DNA of 64,000 nt from Felis catus (GCF_018350175.1 NC_058368.1:237648001-237712000), one strand, 5' to 3'. Numbered from the stretch's first letter, positions 1 through 12,319 are shown. Translations and numbers: made by a program. The notes: generated from the sequence alone by a model not told the origin.

Positions 1-99
1 CTATTGATTTTTTAAAAAATGCGATGAGTTTTCTGCCATTTCCTCCCCACTGTGTAGCCCATTTAGTGATCGTTAAAAAGTCAGATGTTGTCATTTTTA

Positions 100-420
100 G
101 CTTTACAATTTTATGGTTTTTTTCCTTTTGTTTTAGTTTACATTTCTCCACTGATACCTGCTCCCTTGATATTCATTATACGCATCCTTTCCTTTACGTC
201 CTTGAGCAGTGATGACAGCTGCTTTAAAATCCAGTTCCGCTAGTTGTGACATCTGGACGGTGGAGCTGCTTCTCACCGATTTTGCCTTTTCTCCAGACAA
301 CCTGTCATGGTCTTCTGTTTCCTCATCGTAGACATTGTGAGGAAGATGTTGTAGAAACTCTAGATTTTCTTCTGTGCCTCAGAAGACTTGTGCTTTAGTT
401 TTTAAGCATGCAGTTAGCTG
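100..420 (-). mobile_element. Degraded ancient L1 (ORF1/5' region) fragment
   Basis: Motif 'gctgctttaaaatccagttccgctagttgtgacatctgg' resembles the antisense 5'/ORF1 region of old L1M elements; boundaries are approximate. Confidence 0.4.
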
Positions 421-595
421 GGCGGAACTCAAAGTGCAAATCCCTCTGCCCCGGGATGAGCCACAGCTCCCGTCCGGCACAAGTCCTTCGACCTCAGCTG
501 GGCTGCTTGAACTGCACTCTCCGTGTGAACAGCTAGTGCGTCAGCCAGTAATTTGGGCAGAATAAGTATGTAGATTTTGGCTCTCTCAGCTCTCT

Positions 596-765
596 CTTTT
601 TTTAAATTTTTTAATATGAAATTCATTGTCAAATTGGTTTCCGTACAACACCCAGTGCTCGTCCCAACAGGTGCCCTCCTCCATGCCCAACCCCCACCCA
701 ACCCTCCCTCCCACCTCCCATCAACCCTTAGCGTATTCTCAGTTTTCTAAGAGTCTCTTATGGTT
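596..765 (-). mobile_element. 5'-truncated feline L1 (L1_Fc-like) 3' end, ~170 bp
   Basis: T-rich tail followed by 'atgaaattcattgtcaaattggtttccgtacaacacccagtgctc', the reverse complement of the carnivore/feline L1 3' UTR; flanked by direct repeat tctcagctctct at 584-595 and 766-777. Confidence 0.85.
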
Positions 766-968
766 TCTCAGCTCTCTTTTTATACACCGTATGAAACAGT
801 AGAGGCAGTGGGCATTGTGTTTTATTTCTGATTTCATAGAAAGCTCTTAGAATATTTAGGAATTACCAATCCCTATTTTTGAGGATTTAAATATGAATTG
901 GGATGAATTTAATTAAATGTCTTTTCTTCATCTCTGAAGATGATTATATGATTTCTCTCCTTATTTCT

Positions 969-1169
969 CTTTTTTTTAATGTTTATTTATTTTTGAGAGA
1001 GAGCAAGTTGGGGAGGGGCCGAGAGAGAGAAGGAGACAGAGAATCCCAAGCAGGCTCCCTATTACCAGCACAGAACCTGACACAGGGCTTGAACTCACAA
1101 ACTGTGAGAGCATGACCTAGCTGAAAGCAAGAGTCAGACACCTAACTGGCTCAGCCACCCAGGCGCCCC
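969..1169 (-). mobile_element. Can-SINE (older feline subfamily)
   Basis: Ends in 'gccacccaggcgcccc'; (GA)n tract and T-rich tail; TSD atgatttctctccttatttct (948-968) vs atgacccctctccttatttct (1170-1190). Confidence 0.95.
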
Positions 1170-1317
1170 ATGACCCCTCTCCTTATTTCTATTTGCTGAC
1201 TTTCTAAACGTTATTGAACCACCTTGTAGTTTTGGAATTTCCTCAGTTGGCCACAAACTCTTATTTAGTATTTTACACTTGGCTAAGTGCCTTTTTAAGG
1301 ATTTTGAAAGATTCTAT

Positions 1318-2560
1318 ATTTTTAAAGCAGTCTGAAATTCACAGCAAAGTTGAGAGGAAGATACCGAGATTTCCCATATATCCTGTCTCCCCATATGCAT
1401 GCCAGCCCCACTGTCAACTCCACCACCAGACCGGTATGTTTATTACAACCGACAGACCTATACCGACACATCGTAAACGTCCAAGGCCCACGGATGACAC
1501 CGGGGTTCACTCTTGCTGTTGTACATTCCACGGGTTCGGATAAATGTGTAATTAATAAATCTATCCACCGTTATTGTGCTATGCAGAGTAGTTTCGCTGT
1601 CCTAAAACATCTTCGGTGTTCTGCCTTCTCAAACCTCCCTCTCCCCCAATCCCCGGAAACCATTATCCTTTCACTGTCTTCAGAGTTTTTGCGTATTCTA
1701 GAATGCCATACGGTCGGAATCACATCGTAAGTAGCATTTGGAGACTGTCTTCTTCCACTTAGAACCATGCATTTAAGGTTCCTCAATATCTTCTCAAGGC
1801 TCTATAGTTTCTTTCTTTTTAGCAGTGAATAATATTATATAATAATATTCCACTGTCTATATGTATCAAACTCTGACCATTCACTGACTGAAGGGAATCT
1901 TCATTGCCTCTACGATTTGCCAGTTACGAATAAGCTGCAGTGAACCTCCATGTGCAAATTTTGCATATGTGTGAGTTTTCAGCTCTTCTGGGTCAATGCC
2001 AACGAACGAGATTTTCGGATCATATGGTAAGAGTATGTTTGGTTTTGTAAAAAACTGCTACACTGTGTTCCAAGGTGGCTGTCCCAGTTTTCATTGCCTC
2101 CAGGAGTGCCAAGAGTTCCTTTCTGTTCCACATCTGCCCTAGAATTGTGTGTTGTCAGTATTCCAGATTTTAGTCATTCCAGTGGGTGTGCAGAGATCTC
2201 ATTGTTGTTTTCATTTGAACTTCCTGATGACACATGAGGTGAAGCCTCTTTTCGCCTGTATCTCCTTTTGGGTGAGGTGTCTGTGGAGGGATTTTGCCCA
2301 TTTTGCAGCCCAGCTTTTTTCCTGTTGTTGAGATTTAGGAGTTCTTTGTATATGTTGCGTAACAGTCCTATAGCAGACGCATCTCTGGCAAATACTTTCT
2401 CCCAGCCTGTGACTGGTCTTTCCTTCTCTTGACTCAGTCTTCTGCACAAGTGTTTCGTCCGCTTGTTTTTGTGAGGCTCAGCTTATCGTGGACCATGCAA
2501 GTCACTGCCACATTCAAGGGCATCTAGGTTTTCTCCTCTATGCTCTTCTAGGAGTTTCAT
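1318..2560 (-). mobile_element. Ancient L1 3' end (L1MC-like)
   Basis: L1MC-type 3' UTR ('ttcacagcaaagttgagaggaag...gggttcactcttgctgttgtacattc'); minus ORF 2174-2449 gives 'WEKVFARDASAIGLLRNIYKELLNLNNRKK', like the L1 ORF2 C-terminus. Confidence 0.85.
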
Positions 2561-2674
2561 ATATATCAAAATACATATTTCTGAGCATCTAAAACTACGA
2601 TAGCAAAATCAAAAGAACAGCCACCTGGGAAAAGCACTCGCATATACATAACTTATTTAAGCTTAATAGCCTCA

Positions 2675-2895
2675 GGGCGCCTGGGTGGCGCAGTCGGTTA
2701 AGCGTCCGACTTCAGCCAGGTCACGATCTCGCGGTCCGTGAGTTCGAGCCCCGCGTCGGGCTCTGGGCTGATGGCTCGGAGCCTGGAGCCTGTTTCCGAT
2801 TCTGTGTCTCCCTCTCTCTCTGCCCCTCCCCCGTTCATGCTCTGTCTCTCTCTGTCCCAAAAATAAATAAACGTTGAAAAAAATTAAAAAAAAAA
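2675..2895 (+). mobile_element. Young Can-SINE (SINEC_Fc-type)
   Basis: gggcgcctgggtggcgcagtcggttaagcgtccgact head, B-box gttcgagccc, (CT)n, AATAAA and A-tail; TSD ttaatagcctcag on both sides. Confidence 0.98.
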
Positions 2896-2920
2896 GATTA
2901 ATAGCCTCAGTAAGTAGTGA

Positions 2921-3146
2921 GGGGCACCTGCGTGGCTCAGTGGGTTAAGTGTCCGACTTCGGCTCAGGTCACGATCTCGCGGTCCGTGAGTTCGAGCCCC
3001 GCGTCGGGCTCTGTGCTGACAGCCTGGAGCCTGGAGCCCGCTTCCGATTCTGTGTCTCCCTCTCTCTCTGCCCCTCCCCCGCTCATGCTCTGTCTCTCTC
3101 TCTCTCTCTCAAAAATAAATAAAAACTAGAAAATAAATTAAAAAAA
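2921..3146 (+). mobile_element. Can-SINE
   Basis: ggggcacctgcgtggctcag head, (CT)n and A-tail; TSD taagtagtgagg / taagtaatgagg. Confidence 0.97.
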
Positions 3147-3508
3147 TAAGTAATGAGGCTTTGCAAATCAATTGTAACTATTTTAAGAGAGCAGTACGAA
3201 GATAACAAAGTAGGTATGTAGAGAATAATCGTAAACCAAATTAGCCGACGTTTTCTTTCAAACTGGTGAGTAAAAAAGAAATCAAAGTGGTGGGAAGTCT
3301 GGCAGCTGCACAGGGACTCTCAAAATAGGGACAATTTTCCAAGAAGGTGTATTAGTTTCTGCCTTTTTCAGAGTGTTGCTGAAAGTAGAAATTGGTAACA
3401 TTTTCTAGAAAATAGCCTTGTCAGGAAATATCAAAAACCTCTTAAAGTACCCTGTGTTAGGGCTGAACAGCTCTGTTTCTGGGGATTTAACATAAAGTAA
3501 TCAGAGAT

Positions 3509-3653
3509 GGGGCGCCTGGGTGGTCAGTCAGCTAAGCGTCTGATTTTGGGTCAGGTCATGATCTTATGGTTCGTGGGTTCGAGCCCTGCGTCAGATTCTG
3601 TGCCTGGAGCCTCCTTGAGATTCTGTGTCTCTCTCTCTCTCTCCTGCTTGCGT

Positions 3654-3685
<32 letters not shown>

Positions 3686-3711
3686 AAAAATAAACATTAA
3701 AAAGTTTTTAA
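3509..3711 (+). mobile_element. Can-SINE
   Basis: ggggcgcctgggtgg head and (CT)n; TSD aaagtaatcagag at 3494-3506 and 3712-3724. Confidence 0.96.
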
Positions 3712-5464
3712 AAAGTAATCAGAGCTGTTTAAATAAAGATAATCTTAACTTTCATTGTTACATGAATAATTATGCTGCGCCATAGAATATTTATTAAATA
3801 CATTTGAGACACTCAAAACGTAGATTATTTTAAAGATATCAAAATAATTGTCAGGACCATATTTAATAATATGAAGAAATGCTACTCTAGGCTTTTACAT
3901 TTCTATTTCCAACAAAAATATTCATAGAAATAAGACTGAAGAAGTACAAATACCAAACAGTTCAAAGTTATATGGTCTAAAATGTAGGACTACAGGAGGT
4001 ATTTTCTTCTTCTTATGCCTTTTGCAATTTGCTGACTTACCTGCATGTATCTTAATATATAATATATATCATAATAATGTAATATATGTCAATATGTTAG
4101 TATGTATTCTTATTAATAAAATAATAATATGCAGTTACACATTGTGTTACATACAACAGATATTACCTGAATCATCTACTGATCTATCACCTATCTTTAA
4201 AAAATAGGTCACGTGCAAGAAAAGCTTCTCGAGGTCATCAGTTTTGTCACCCTGGGCTTCCCCTTGCGGACGGTTCCGTGGAAAGAATACAGACCCTTGT
4301 AAACCTCATTTTTTAGAGTAAGGTCTTCTCTGTGCATCGGACTGTATACCTTCATTTGTGCACTTTGTGAGTGTGAGGACTGTGAAGTCAGAGCGACAGG
4401 ACAGTAGCACTACATTTTTGGGTAACTGGTCACTTTGCTAACCACCTTGGCCTCCACGGGACAAAACAGAGTCCCTGCTCGCTAACGAAGGGTGATGCTG
4501 CGTCACGTCGCCACGCCTCCCTCACTCAGGCTTGTCACATTGCAGTTAAGTGCTAACCAATAGGGTTTTTTTTTTTTTTTGAGGGGAAACTGAGGGACTT
4601 TTTGGCTTCCAGCAGAAGCGCTCCTTTCGCGATCTCCGAAGTCCACGATTTGCCAGGGAAGTTTAAATGCCAGGGTCCTGGAGCGACACCTATTTCCAGA
4701 TCATTCCTCTATTTTACCTCCATGCTCCGTAATCGCCCTGCAGGTGGTTGCGAATCTGTGCCCGTGTGCGGGTGTGCAGGGCGTGTGCGTGCCCGTGTTT
4801 GTGTCCGCACGCGGGTCGGCCTCACCAGGACCTTCTGCGGCGCCGCTGGCCTTCGCGGGTGGGGTTGGGCCGGGCTGGCCTCCACTCGGCCCGGCGGAGG
4901 CCCAGCGTCTCCCGCCCACCTGCCCCCGCCCCACAGCACAACCCCAGCCACACACCCACAGAAGCTCCGTCTCAGCCTCTGCCTCCACGGCGCTCAAACT
5001 AAACCACTTCCTGTGAAGTGTCTTTTTTCTTTAAATAAAGACCTCTTTACCTTAAAAAGTAGTACCCTTGCCTCTTCCGTCGGAACATGCCGAGCACTTT
5101 TGGCCGAGGTGGTTTCTACTTTGCTCCTCCGTTCTGGCCGCTGCCTGCCCTTCCCCAGTGTGCTGCTTGCGCGGCGGCCGGCGCCCCTGCCCCTTCGGCC
5201 ATCTGTTCCATGCGTGGACGGACCACAGTCACGGACATGCAGCTGGGACCACGCTCACGAACATTCCCACCGCCGCTCCTGGTCTTTCTTACGTTAAAGG
5301 TCAGATTGTTCAGGAAAGAGGCGCCCCCTGCTCCCTGCCCCGGCATGAGTTGTTTCTAGGTCTACACCTGCAGGAATGGGCTCGTCCCCCCCACAACCTA
5401 CTTTCCCCGCCTAGCCTCCAGTCCACGGGGCTAAAGTCCCTCATCTTCCTGGCTGTCCTGAAGC

Positions 5465-5580
5465 AGACCACACACACATACGCAACCACAGACACGCACA
5501 TGCACACACACACAACCACACACACACTCAGACACACACTTCACACGTGCACACACACACTCACATGCACACATACACAC
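5465..5580. repeat. Imperfect (CA)n microsatellite
   Basis: Directly visible. Confidence 0.9.
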
Positions 5581-5590
5581 AGGGTATCTT

Positions 5591-5795
5591 TTTTTTTTTT
5601 TTTTTTTTTTTTTTGGGACAGAGAGAGACAGAGCATGAACGGGGGAGGGGCAGAGAGGGAGACACAGAATCGGAAACAGGCTCCAGGCTCTGAGCCATCA
5701 GCCCAGAGCCTGACGCGGGGCTCGAACTCATGGACCGCGAGATCGTGACTTGGCTGAAGTCGGACGCTTAACCGACTGCGCCACCCAGGCGTCCC
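5591..5795 (-). mobile_element. Young Can-SINE (SINEC_Fc-type)
   Basis: Pure T run at 5589-5614; perfect 16-bp TSD cacacagggtatcttt at 5576-5591 and 5796-5811. Confidence 0.98.
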
Positions 5796-6529
5796 CACAC
5801 AGGGTATCTTTGAAGCCAACAGATTCTGAACAGTAAGGGTGGTAATCTGGAGCCTGTATCATTTTCTCTTTCCCCATAAATTAAAATCATTTCCATTACT
5901 GACTGACTCAAAGGTTTACCCCTGTCCATACATTAATCATTTCCAAAACTCACCGTCATTAGAAGTCTCTACAAGGTACTTGTCTTTCGGCAGTGGCTTG
6001 CTTGCTTTAATTGAGGTGTTCAGCGGATTGGAAATGACGTCATCAGAGAGAAATGGTTGAGTCGGCTGGAAGGGGGTCAAAGCTTCCTCACAGGGAGAGC
6101 AGAAGTGCCCGAAGGCACAGTCGTGTTCACTTATTAAAGGTTTATGCATTTCATGCAATTAAGAGGAATCCTGGATGGTGAGTCTCCCCTCCCTCAGAGG
6201 AGTCCTCTCTGCCAGGCTGAGATTCGCGGCGCTCCATAGAAAGGAGCGTCAATAGGAACGGGGACGTTCCGACGAGTGGGGCTCATTGTACCTACTTTTC
6301 CCTAGACTGCGTAGAAGATGGGTTTCCCAGGCTCAGTTTGAGTCGCCTTATTCATACGCGGTACGGATGTGCTTTACGTTAAGGTCTCAGAACAGGGGGT
6401 GATCCTTCAGGTTGCTTTCCGAGGTTTCTATGGTTTGCATGAAACCACGAACCGCATCACCCGAGGATGAAATAAGCCTTTTTCCCACTACCAAGTTCAA
6501 ACTTTACGACACCTGACTTCACCGTTTTC

Positions 6530-6763
6530 TTTTCTTTTTTTTAATTTTTTTTAATGTTTATTTATTTTTGAGAGAGAGACAGTGAGAGAGACAGAGCTCG
6601 AGAGGGGAAGGGCCAGAGAGAGAGGGAGACACAGAATCGGAAGCGGGTTCCAGGCTCCGAGCTGTCAGCCCAGAGCCTGACACAGGGCTCGAACTCACGA
6701 ACTGCGAGATCATGACCTGAACCCAAGTCGGACGCTTAACCGACTGAGCCACCCGGGCGCCCC
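6530..6763 (-). mobile_element. Can-SINE
   Basis: Ends in gccacccgggcgcccc; TSD acttcaccgttttc at 6516-6529 and 6765-6778. Confidence 0.97.
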
Positions 6764-8457
6764 AACTTCACCGTTTTCATTGCCTGGGAAGCGTGCTCCC
6801 CGCGTGTGCTCCAGACCCACAGCCAGGTCCCAGACGGCGGTGCCTCGGCCGAGAGACGCGGGCGGACAGAGCTCGCGGGTGAATGTGCCAGAAGGCTGTT
6901 TTTGTTGCCAGTGACACACGGCGGATCCCCGGGGACGTCGGTCCGGATGCCCACCTCCGAGCGGTCGCAACCCCACGTATGACATCTGCCTCCCCCGAAA
7001 CGTAACTAACCACCTACTGTGCACGGAGGCCTCACCGGGGGCGCAACTGACCAGCGCCTCTGTTGCCTGAGTCGCAAATGGCGCCCTTACCAGACAGTAG
7101 GCTAGAGAAAGGAGGGGGATCGCTGGGAAACCAGGTCACGTTTAGACTGCCGCGCCCCATGTATCGTAAACCTCCACGCGCACACGGACCCCCGCACCCC
7201 CACCCTGAGTCGTCCCGTTCGCGTCTCAGAGCCAAGTGTGCCAGGTGGGCGCCCAGGCGGGAGCAGCAGGGCCGCGGCAAGTCAGAGTGGACGCGGAAAG
7301 CCCGCAGCGGGTGGGGCGCCCCGGGCGGGCCTCCTGACACCCTCCGAGAGCCGTCCGGCTGCCAGCAACCTCGGAGGCTTCCACTCAGCCGGCCGGCCTG
7401 TCCGGTCCCTGCTGCCTCTTGTCTCTGTGCTGATCTGCGTCCGTAAACGAACTGTACGTCTGCGGGTCCTGCGTCCGGCTGGCCCCGGACACCAAGGGTG
7501 AGGCCTGTGACGGCAGCACCCCCGGAATGAGCCGTTGGGGGTTCTTGCACGTGGCCGTGGGGACTGCAGGTCCCAGGGTGCGCACAGGGGCTGACGCTCG
7601 TGGCTGCGAGGTCGTCTATGCGCCCCCCACCCCCCGCGCTGTCACAGAGGAGACACTGCCCAGAGTATTCACGTTCAGTGGTCTCAGTCCCGCCCTGAGA
7701 ACGATCTCTGTCTGCGACACCTCGGCCTCCCTTGGCCAGCCACGTCCCCCACCCCAGTGAGGGGCATCACCTGCCCACGGGCCCAGACCCGCCGTTCCCC
7801 AGCCCCCCTCCCCCAATATCTGCTCCAAAAGCCAATCCTGTGGATGTGGGCTCAAAGTGCTTCTCAACCAATGAACTTTTCTCCCTCCTCCCTGCCCCCG
7901 GCGAGCCCCAAGTCACCCGGGCTTCCTACCTGGGTCTCTGCAACACCCCCCCCCGCCCCGGCCATCCTCCCGGTGTCCACTGTCCCCCCAACAGCTCTCC
8001 ACCCTCTTCTGTGAACTTTGCCCGGCCATGTGCTCCAGCTGCTTCGACCCAAGTGGCCTCCCCTTGACTCTCAGAATTAGACCCGAGCTCTGCCCCCAGG
8101 CCCCTGGGCCCTGCGACCTCTGCCTGCCTCCCCCCAGGTGCCAGTGTGGGTGCGGTTCAGGGCCCGCCATGGGGTCTGCCCTCCGCCCTCTGCCCTCAGT
8201 TTAGCTCACTCTCAGCAGCTGGCTTCTCCTCTCTTGCCCCACTCTGCCCAGCGACCTCCCTGCAGGGTTCTGCCTGTCCTCAGAGCCAGGGGTGCCATAC
8301 TGCTCACCTCACCTCCAGCCAGAGGCCCAGGGTCTGGTCTCCACAGAGCACAGGCTTCTCATGGTTCAGATCACCCCTGTGCCTCAGTTCCAGGGCTGCC
8401 CCTGGTCTTTACATTGGATTTAGTAAGTGTGCTGATTGTGTTTTGGGGGTGGAGGTG

Positions 8458-8905
8458 GGGAGGGAAGAAGGAAGGAAGGAAGGAAGGAAGGAAGGAAGGA
8501 AGGAAGGAAGAAGGGAGGGAGGGAGGGAAGAAGGGAGGAAGGAAAGAAAGAAGGGAGGGAGGGAAGAAGGGAGGAAGGAAGGAAGGAAAGAAAGGAGGGA
8601 GGGAGGAAGGGAGGGAGGGAGGAAAGGAGGGAGGGAGGGAGGAAGGGAAGCAGGGATGGAGGAAGGGGGAGGGAGGGTGGGAGGAAGGGAGGAAAGAAGG
8701 AAAAAAGGAGGGAGGGAGGGAAGAAAGGAGGAAGGGGGGAAGGGAGGGAGGGAGGAAGGAGGAAGGGAGGGAGGGAAGAAGGGAGGGAGGAAGGGAGGGA
8801 GGTAGGAAGGGAGGGGGTAGGGTGGAAGGGAGGGAGGGAGGGAGGAAGGAAAGAAGGGAGGGAGGGAGAGAGGAGCAGGAGGAAGGGGAAGGGAGGGGCA
8901 GGGAG
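8458..8905. repeat. Polypurine (GGAA/GGAG)n low-complexity tract
   Basis: ~450 bp composed almost entirely of A and G. Confidence 0.97.
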
Positions 8906-10014
8906 ACAGAGGTAGGGAGGCCTCCAGGAATGTCCCTTTGGTGTGTGACGGGGAAGCGGCTGAGTCCAAGTTCCCTGGACTCCAGGTGCGTCCCCATCAC
9001 TGGGGGACTCAGAAGGATGGTCCCTGGGGTCCCGCCCACCCAAGAGGATGGGAGTCAATGGGGCAGGTGCTTCCAAACCACCCGTTTGCTCGTGAAGGTT
9101 GGGCATCAGTGGCTCGGGCGATGACAGGGCACTGTTGTCACCTGCCCGCAGCAGGAGGACCCTGCGCCCCGGCGGACTCGGGGTTCTCGGCTACGGTCTC
9201 GGGCGGTCTGCTCGCCGGGGGTCCGGTCGGTCTGTCTGCCGCCTGCACTTTGCCAGTCCTGCCGCTGATCGTGCCTTCTCCTCACGCAGCGGGCGTTTGC
9301 GGGACCCGCACGCGCGTTCCGAGGGCAGGGTGAGGGCGTGCTTTCCCTGCGGGGCCCTGCCAGCCGGAGCCAGCTGGGGAAGCCTGGGAGTCCACAGGGA
9401 CCTGCCGCAGCCGCTACCACTAAGTCCCCCGTGGAGGGGACCCGGGACCCGAGCAGAAGGGTCGAGAGGGCGTGACCCCCCTCCCTGCCCCTCCCTCACT
9501 CTCTTTCTCTCTCTTTCCTTCTCTTTCAAAAACTTTCAGCCTGTTGTTCTGTCCCCTGTTTGGCCGCGTGCTTTCTTGCCCTCCAGGGTACATCACAGAT
9601 GGGGTTACGTGTCAGCTCTTCCTGGCACTCGTCGTCGTCCCAAACCTGCCCCCGTCGTGGAGGCCAAGCTGCCAGCACGCCGGGGTCCCAGGGCGCCCCC
9701 AGACTCGGCTCTGAGGGCGTCGGCTGCCGGGCTCCGGTGCAAAGTCTGTGGGAGTGCGGGATGGCCCCGGAGGAGGGGACTCAGAGACACCTCCTATGCG
9801 CACCCAACTCCCCACGGCAGGGGTCCCAGTGGAACTTCTTCCAGCCAGGTCCTGGCGCCCTCCTTCCCCTTCCTTCCAGGCTGTTCCAGGAGAGGGCGTC
9901 TCTTTCTCTCAATCCACACTGTCTTCCCTCGCTCTTCTCAGTGGCCCCTCTCTGTGCACGCACGTCCCCACGCATATGGAGTAAACGCCTTGCACACTCG
10001 TGCAACCCACTCAT

Positions 10015-10120
10015 GCCCACGTGCACACTGAGTGCACACCCACTCACGTCCACACACACAAACACGCCAGTGCACATCCTCTCACACCCCAGAGCACACA
10101 CTCACGCCCGTGCACACACG
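10015..10120. repeat. Degenerate (CA)n tract
   Basis: cacac-rich sequence with CG substitutions. Confidence 0.7.
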
Positions 10121-11213
10121 GATAGCTGCCCTCACCTCTCGATTCTCTCCTTTCGGGATGGTTTCCGGTTCCTCCACTGCCCAGCCTCGTGTCAAAGCCT
10201 CAACCCGGCCAATCCCCTGAAACGCTTGGCAAAGGTCGGTCGCCCACCTCCTCATCTGCAAAGCCACAGGAAAACGGTAAAACTCCTGTTTTCCGTACCG
10301 GTTCCCCGCACCTCCCCTGCGAGCCCCTGTCTGGAAGACCTCTCTGCCCCACCCCTCCGGCTCTGCTTTCTCTCCCCCTCATGGGCCTCGGGCCTCCCGC
10401 GGGTCTCCCTGGGCAGCCCTCCATGCTGGGCTTCCTCCCCTGGGGTTTCCCAGCTGCCCCTCCCTGGGAGGGCCACCTTCCCAAGCACACCCGGCCCCAG
10501 CCACTGCCCAGGGAACACCAGGGCCCATCCTGCCCATCCCATCTCCCAGGGCCTCCCTTCCATCCCTGCTCTGGACCATCCTGTCTCCTCTACCTGGTCC
10601 CCCTGCTCCCCTCCTGCTCCCCCTCAGCCAGAAGGAGCCACCCCAAACCCAACTCTGGGAACGTCATGCTCCATAGACCCCTTCCGTTCCTTCTCACTGT
10701 TCACAGAAGGCCAGCCCTGCATCGCACGGGATGTCCCTGTGGTTCAGTGTGATGGTTGCATGACGGCAGGCCTGCGGTGGTCCCCGCCGTTTCACTGTCC
10801 CCTTCAACAGCCTCCTGCCCCCGTCCCGTCTCCCTCCTTGTCCCTGCACGCTGTATATAGGACGCTCGGCTGCACACACCTGCTACTCCTTCTTGCACAC
10901 TTGATTCCCACGTCCGTCTCTCCTCTTGGGCTGAGCTTCCGCACGCTGATCCTTGGGCTGCAGGGCAGAGCTGCCCACTCTCTCAGTTACTTGCTGAGGG
11001 AAAGAGCGAACCAGAACACAGGCTCTTGATGAACCAGTGGGAATTAGGCGGAGAGAGCGGAGATGGTTTTTCTGAGCCAACAAGGAGCAGAACGTGGGAC
11101 GTGGTGCCAAAAGTCAGCGTGGGGAAGAGACGAGAACCGGGCGAGCATAACTGCATTCGAACGGACCGAGAACACATCCTCACAACACAGTCCGTTAGCT
11201 TCAAAGAGTGAAG

Positions 11214-11437
11214 TTGTGTTAGTTTTCTCTCAACACTGTAACAATCACGTGCTTACTGCTTCACACACGGTGCGTCTTCGCCTCGTGGCCAGCTGGGTCC
11301 TGCTCCAGGCTGCCCTCCTAGGCTGAGATCAAGGTGCCACCAGCTGGGACTTTATCAGGAGGTTCTGCGAGCAGGTCTGCTTCCAGTCCTATTCTGCTTG
11401 TTGGCAGAGTTCAGTTGCTTGCAGTTCTAAGATGAGT
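11214..11437 (-). mobile_element. MaLR LTR fragment (MLT1-like)
   Basis: 'aggctgagatcaaggtg...ttgttggcagagttcagttgcttgcagtt' matches the recalled MLT1E/F-type antisense motif. Confidence 0.7.
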
Positions 11438-11810
11438 AGGTGGATGGATGGATGGATGGATGGATGGACTGGTGGATGGGTGGATGGGTGGGTGGATGGA
11501 TTGATGAGTGGATGGGTAGATGGGTGGATGGATGGATGGACAGGTGGAACAGTGGATGGATGGATGGATGGATGGATGGATGGATGGATGGATGGACGGA
11601 CAGGTGGATGGATGGGTGGGTGGATGGATGGATGGACAGGTGGGACAGTGGATGGATGGATGATGGATGGATGGAGGGATGGATGGATGGATGGATTGAC
11701 AGACGGGTGGATGGGTGGTTGTGTGTATGGGTGGATAGATGGGTGGACAGGTAGATGGGTGGATGGATAGATGAGTAGGTATATAGATGATGTATGCTGG
11801 ATAGATGGCA
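11438..11810. repeat. (TGGA)n microsatellite
   Basis: Directly visible; source of the MDGW/PSIH ORFs. Confidence 0.97.
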
Positions 11811-12316
11811 AGTAATGATGTCTTTTGGAGTAACCCCAGATGTGTAGTTTTCCCCCCTTGGGGATCCAGGGAGTGTTCAGTGCTGCTCAGCGTTACTGAA
11901 TATCCTGTTTATAGAACGTAGAATATCCTGTTTCTGGGCACTGGGGATGCAGTCATGAACCAGAATGCTCACCCATCCTAGATTCTTTCCTTTTCTGTAC
12001 TTGCTTGGAAATCACTTGCTGTCCTGTCATAAACAAATTTTTTTTGAGGAGTTTCTGGAGACAGCTGTGGCTCACCCCAAATGCCCTGGACAGCTGACTA
12101 GGAGCAGCCCCCAAAGGACAAAACCTCACCCCCTTTGTAGGAGGGGCTTTCCCTGGGAACCAGTGTGGCTCAAAGGCCACGGTGACCCTGCACGTGTTGC
12201 AAGACAGTGACCTCTCTGTTCTGTCCCTTTCTCCTCACAAAGTCCAACTTCCTTCCTGTTGGTGGTTGGATTTAGCAAAACTGTTTTTCAGGTGAAGTCC
12301 CCTGTGTGGGAATTAG

Positions 12317-12319
<3 letters not shown>

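Noticed and set aside
2672..3129. Recurring 'SLEPASDSVSPSLSAPP' ORFs; tRNA-like A/B boxes
   Set aside because: Can-SINE bodies, neither genes nor tRNAs
8138..9124. 328-aa and overlapping G/R/E/K- or P/S/F-rich ORFs
   Set aside because: Translation of the GGAA/GGAG tract
9560..11029. 489-aa ORF, the longest in the track
   Set aside because: Pro/Ser-rich, non-ATG start, runs through a CA repeat and has no recognisable domain; expected in GC-rich DNA
11389..11811. MDGW/PSIH repeat ORFs
   Set aside because: Translation of the (TGGA)n microsatellite
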